Source: Candidatus Marinacidobacterales bacterium (lineage in GTDB: Bacteria; Acidobacteriota; Vicinamibacteria; Marinacidobacterales; SMYC01). From it: 64,000 bases of DNA. Below the pieces are notes generated by a model. It made no database searches and was not told where the DNA came from. It saw only the letters and a program-made list of their open reading frames with translations. Shown here piece by piece: positions 60,796-64,000 of this stretch; the stretch's first letter is position 1, and every line of letters begins with the position of its first letter. The position numbers and the translations under genes were made by a program. The stretch is taken from the NCBI GenBank assembly GCA_965237955.1, contig OZ250169.1, positions 1,760,001 to 1,824,000 of the forward strand, written 5' to 3'.

Positions 60796-62978
60796 GCTAG
60801 TGTGCTCCTATCACTTTCTTCCTTCTGAGAGCCGGGTCTGGCGACATCGAGCACGCCGTCCACGGCACGGATCGAGCGCGTGATGCGCTCGAGTTCCTTG
60901 ACGTTGGTGATCGAGACGGTGACGTCGATGGATCCTTTCTGGTCCTCGAACGTCTTGGCCTCGACGGTTCGGATATCGGTGTTCGTCTCCGCGATGATCG
61001 ACGTGATGTCGGCGAGGATGCCTTTACGATCCTCGACGTTGACCGAGAGGGTGATGTCGTACTTCGTACCCTTCTCAGATTCCCAGGAGACGTCGATGCG
61101 CCGCTCGGGGTCCACCATGAGGTTCAGCAGGTTGGAGCAGTTCACCGAGTGCACCGACACGCCCTTGCCGCGCGTGATGTAGCCGGTGATATTCTCGCCC
61201 GGAACGGGGTTGCAGCATTTGGCGCGGTAGACCATGAGGTCGTCCATCCCGTTGACTTTGATCTTGTCCTCGGTACCCCTTAGAACCCGCCGGACCGCTC
61301 GGGCCAAGCTTGCGCCCGCGCCAGGCTTTTCCTCGAGCTCTTCGGAGGGCACGAGCCGGGAGAGCAACTTGCGCGGTGAGACTTTGCCGTAGCCGAGAGC
61401 GGCGTAGAGATCGTCGGCCTGGGAGCAACCGTACTCTTGAAGGACTTCATCGAATTGCTCTGACTCGGTCGCGTGCTTGACGCTCACGTCCAGACGGCGA
61501 GCCTCCTTGTCGAGCAATCTCTTGCCGATCTCGATGCTTCGAAGCTTCTCGGTCGCGTTCAAGAACGTGCGGATCTTGTTGCGTGCGCGCGACGTCGCTA
61601 CGAAGCTCAACCAGTCGCGGCTCGGCTTGTGGCCGCGGTTGGTGAGCACTTCGACGATGTCACCGTTTTTGAGATGGTAGCGAAGCGGCACCATCAACCC
61701 GTTGACGCGTGAGCCCACGCACTGGTGGCCGACGTCAGTATGGATGGAGTAGGCGAAGTCGACAGGAGTCGCGCCACGCGGAAACGACTTCACGTCGCCT
61801 TTAGGCGTAAAGCAGAAGACGTCTTCTGGGTACAGGTCGACCTTCAGCTCGTTCAAGAACTCGTGGGGGTCGTCGACTTCGTGCTGCCATTCGATCATCT
61901 GGCGAAGCCACGCGAAGTTCTTGATGTCATCCTCTTCGAGGGGACGGCCTTCTTTGTATTTCCAGTGCGCAGCAATGCCTTGTTCGGCGACGCGGTCCAT
62001 TTCCGGAGTGCGGATCTGCACTTCGAACGGAACTCCGGAATCGGTGATGACACTGGTGTGGAGTGAACGGTACCCGTTCGGCCGCGGCATCGCGATGAAA
62101 TCCTTGATGCGACCTGGGACGGGACGCCACGTGTTGTGGATGATGCCCAACGTGCCGTAACAGTCTTTGACGCTGTCGGTAGTGATGCGCAACGCGATGA
62201 AGTCATACACTTGGTCGAGCTCGATCCGCTGGCGCTTCATCTTCTGGTGGATGCTGTAGATACTCTTCGTGCGTCCCTTGATCTCGGCGACGATGTCGTT
62301 TTCTTGCAGGGTTTTCTCGAGAGTGGCTTGGATCTCGTCAATGAACTCGTGCGCCCACTTTTGTTTGGCTTCCACCCGAGCGGCGAGGACACCGTAGGCC
62401 TTCGGATCGAGGTTCTTGAGACACAGCTCCTCGAGCTCGGACTTCATGCGGCCGATCCCGAGCCGGCCAGCGAGAGGTGCATAAATCTCGAGGGTCTCGT
62501 TCGCGATCCGGGCCCGCCGATCCTCGGAAAGGTGTCTGAGCGTCCGCATGTTGTGCAACCGGTCGGCGAGCTTGATGAGGATGATCCGGATGTCGTCGAC
62601 CATCGCCATGAGCATCTTGCGGAAGTTCTCGGCTTGGTGCTCCTCCACCGACGAGAAATTCATCTTGCTGATCTTGGTGAGACCGTCGATGATGTGCGCC
62701 ACTTCCTTGCCGAAGTACTCCTCGACGGTCTCGGTCGTCGTGAGCGTGTCTTCGACCACGTCGTGGAGGAGACCGCCGACGACGCTCACGACGTCGAGCT
62801 TCATCTCGGCGAGGATGTTGGCGACTTCGAGCGGGTGGATCAGATAGGGCTCGCCGGACTTTCTCAGCTGGCCTCGGTGTTCCCTGGCGGAGAAAACGTA
62901 CGCGCGGCGGAGGAGCTCGACGTCGCCATCCGGGTGGTACGCACGGACTTTCTCCAGGATATTCTCGAAGCGGATCAT
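60792..62978 (-). CDS. rel: Bifunctional (p)ppGpp synthetase/hydrolase Rel
   Basis: Intact HD hydrolase (LLHDVVEDT), synthetase YRSLHT/EVQIRT, TGS and ACT domains. Confidence 0.96.
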   Translation of the reverse strand: MIRFENILEKVRAYHPDGDVELLRRAYVFSAREHRGQLRKSGEPYLIHPLEVANILAEMKLDVVSVVGGLLHDVVEDTLTTTETVEEYFGKEVAHIIDGLTKISKMNFSSVEEHQAENFRKMLMAMVDDIRIILIKLADRLHNMRTLRHLSEDRRARIANETLEIYAPLAGRLGIGRMKSELEELCLKNLDPKAYGVLAARVEAKQKWAHEFIDEIQATLEKTLQENDIVAEIKGRTKSIYSIHQKMKRQRIELDQVYDFIALRITTDSVKDCYGTLGIIHNTWRPVPGRIKDFIAMPRPNGYRSLHTSVITDSGVPFEVQIRTPEMDRVAEQGIAAHWKYKEGRPLEEDDIKNFAWLRQMIEWQHEVDDPHEFLNELKVDLYPEDVFCFTPKGDVKSFPRGATPVDFAYSIHTDVGHQCVGSRVNGLMVPLRYHLKNGDIVEVLTNRGHKPSRDWLSFVATSRARNKIRTFLNATEKLRSIEIGKRLLDKEARRLDVSVKHATESEQFDEVLQEYGCSQADDLYAALGYGKVSPRKLLSRLVPSEELEEKPGAGASLARAVRRVLRGTEDKIKVNGMDDLMVYRAKCCNPVPGENITGYITRGKGVSVHSVNCSNLLNLMVDPERRIDVSWESEKGTKYDITLSVNVEDRKGILADITSIIAETNTDIRTVEAKTFEDQKGSIDVTVSITNVKELERITRSIRAVDGVLDVARPGSQKEESDRSTLA

Positions 62979-63180
62979 GGCGTCAGGAGGAAGCGCAAAC
63001 CTCTTGCTCTGAGTAGCTTACTCCCCGGTCCCATGATAGGCTTCGCCCTTCCGGGGATCAAGAGCGGAGTTCGAGGCTCGCGCCGAGCCGAATGGTTGAG
63101 TTTCTTGACTGGCGATGTCACCGCATAATATACTGCGCTCCCCAGTTGTGGAACGCCTTGAGGAAGAGGGGGTTTTGATT

Positions 63181-64000
63181 ATGAGGACCCATCGAATCGC
63201 ATTCATATTGCTAGCTTTGTTCGCACTGACGAGCTTGATGAGCTGCGGCGTCGGGAGCAAGTGGAACATGCTGAAGTCGCGGCGCGCGTTCAAGCAGGCC
63301 AACGTGGCCTACGGGCAGAAGGACTACCCGCGAGCCATCGAATTTTACAATCAGACGCTCGAGATCGATCCCGATCCGGACCCGAGAGTTCTGGTGACGA
63401 CCTATTTCTACCGAGGTAGCAGTTACCATCTCCAGTTTCGGCCGGGCCGGCCCGACGAACCCGAGAACGAGGCATATTTGGAAGCCGGCATCGAGGACTA
63501 TGAGGTGGCGCTCGAGCTGGCGCGGGAGCACGCATCTGAATACGAGATGCTGGCTCCCTATGAGCAGTACGCGATGGAACAGCTCGCCGCGATCTATCGA
63601 GACAACCTCGTTGATTTCCAGAACGCAGAGTACTACTTCAAGGCACTCATCGAGCTCGATCCCGACACCCCCGAGCGATACTACGCGCTCGCGGATGTCT
63701 ACGAGCGGTTCGACGATCCCGAAGAGATGCCGTTACTCGAGCAGGCGTTAGAGGCCTACAAGAAACCGGTCGAGATGAACCCCGACGAGCCGCTCGGGTA
63801 TCGTCAGGTGGCGAACCTTCTCAACTCGCCCAGCTACGCGCGGTTCGAAGACACGATGGACTGGCTCGGGAAGGCTCGGGACGTGGACACCGCCAATCCG
63901 GAAGGCTACTACCTGATCGCCGTTCACTACTGGGACAAGGTCTATCGGGATCCCGATCTAACGACGGGTGAGAGGGGCGACTACATCGAGCTGGGCATCG
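63181..64000 (+). CDS. TPR-repeat lipoprotein (partial, runs off window end)
   Basis: MRTHRIAFILLALFALTSLMSC lipobox; AIEFYNQTLEIDP-type TPR helices; no stop in window, so absent from the ORF track. Confidence 0.8.
   Translation, partial: MRTHRIAFILLALFALTSLMSCGVGSKWNMLKSRRAFKQANVAYGQKDYPRAIEFYNQTLEIDPDPDPRVLVTTYFYRGSSYHLQFRPGRPDEPENEAYLEAGIEDYEVALELAREHASEYEMLAPYEQYAMEQLAAIYRDNLVDFQNAEYYFKALIELDPDTPERYYALADVYERFDDPEEMPLLEQALEAYKKPVEMNPDEPLGYRQVANLLNSPSYARFEDTMDWLGKARDVDTANPEGYYLIAVHYWDKVYRDPDLTTGERGDYIELGI

Overview
A GC-rich (roughly 60-65%) bacterial chromosomal window. Gene content suggests Acidobacteriota, possibly Vicinamibacteria-like, but this is inference only. Most of it is housekeeping: an ECF sigma/anti-sigma pair with a two-permease RND operon, FprA-type reductase, queG, kbl, divergent dnaK/clpB, a GH99-like Tat protein, two sigma54 activators, an Rrf2/erpA/ferredoxin cluster, hemA-C-D-L, a peptide SBP, a membrane HD-GYP-GAF-GGDEF protein, tdk, Ku/LigD, 2-oxoacid:ferredoxin oxidoreductase, a TonB receptor, mrp, ridA and rel. 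The most interesting signals are unannotated and intergenic. (1) A candidate ~120-nt sigma54-dependent sRNA (minus strand, ~25540-25663) with three hairpins, an anti-Shine-Dalgarno loop and a terminator. (2) A 34-aa peptide gene (42817-42921; acidic ELEERTAP leader-like part, hydrophobic GLVVVWIPYP tail) between a peptide-binding lipoprotein and a membrane-sensor c-di-GMP enzyme. (3) A 133-bp IS630-type MITE in three copies, all in genes, one inside an IS630 transposase. (4) Several families of small intergenic elements with inverted 7- or 8-nt periodic arms; one heptamer tract is duplicated together with a gene start. Many genes carry frameshifts or in-frame TAG codons, which could be sequencing error or genome erosion. 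No tRNA, rRNA or CRISPR array was seen. All calls were made by eye, without database searches.
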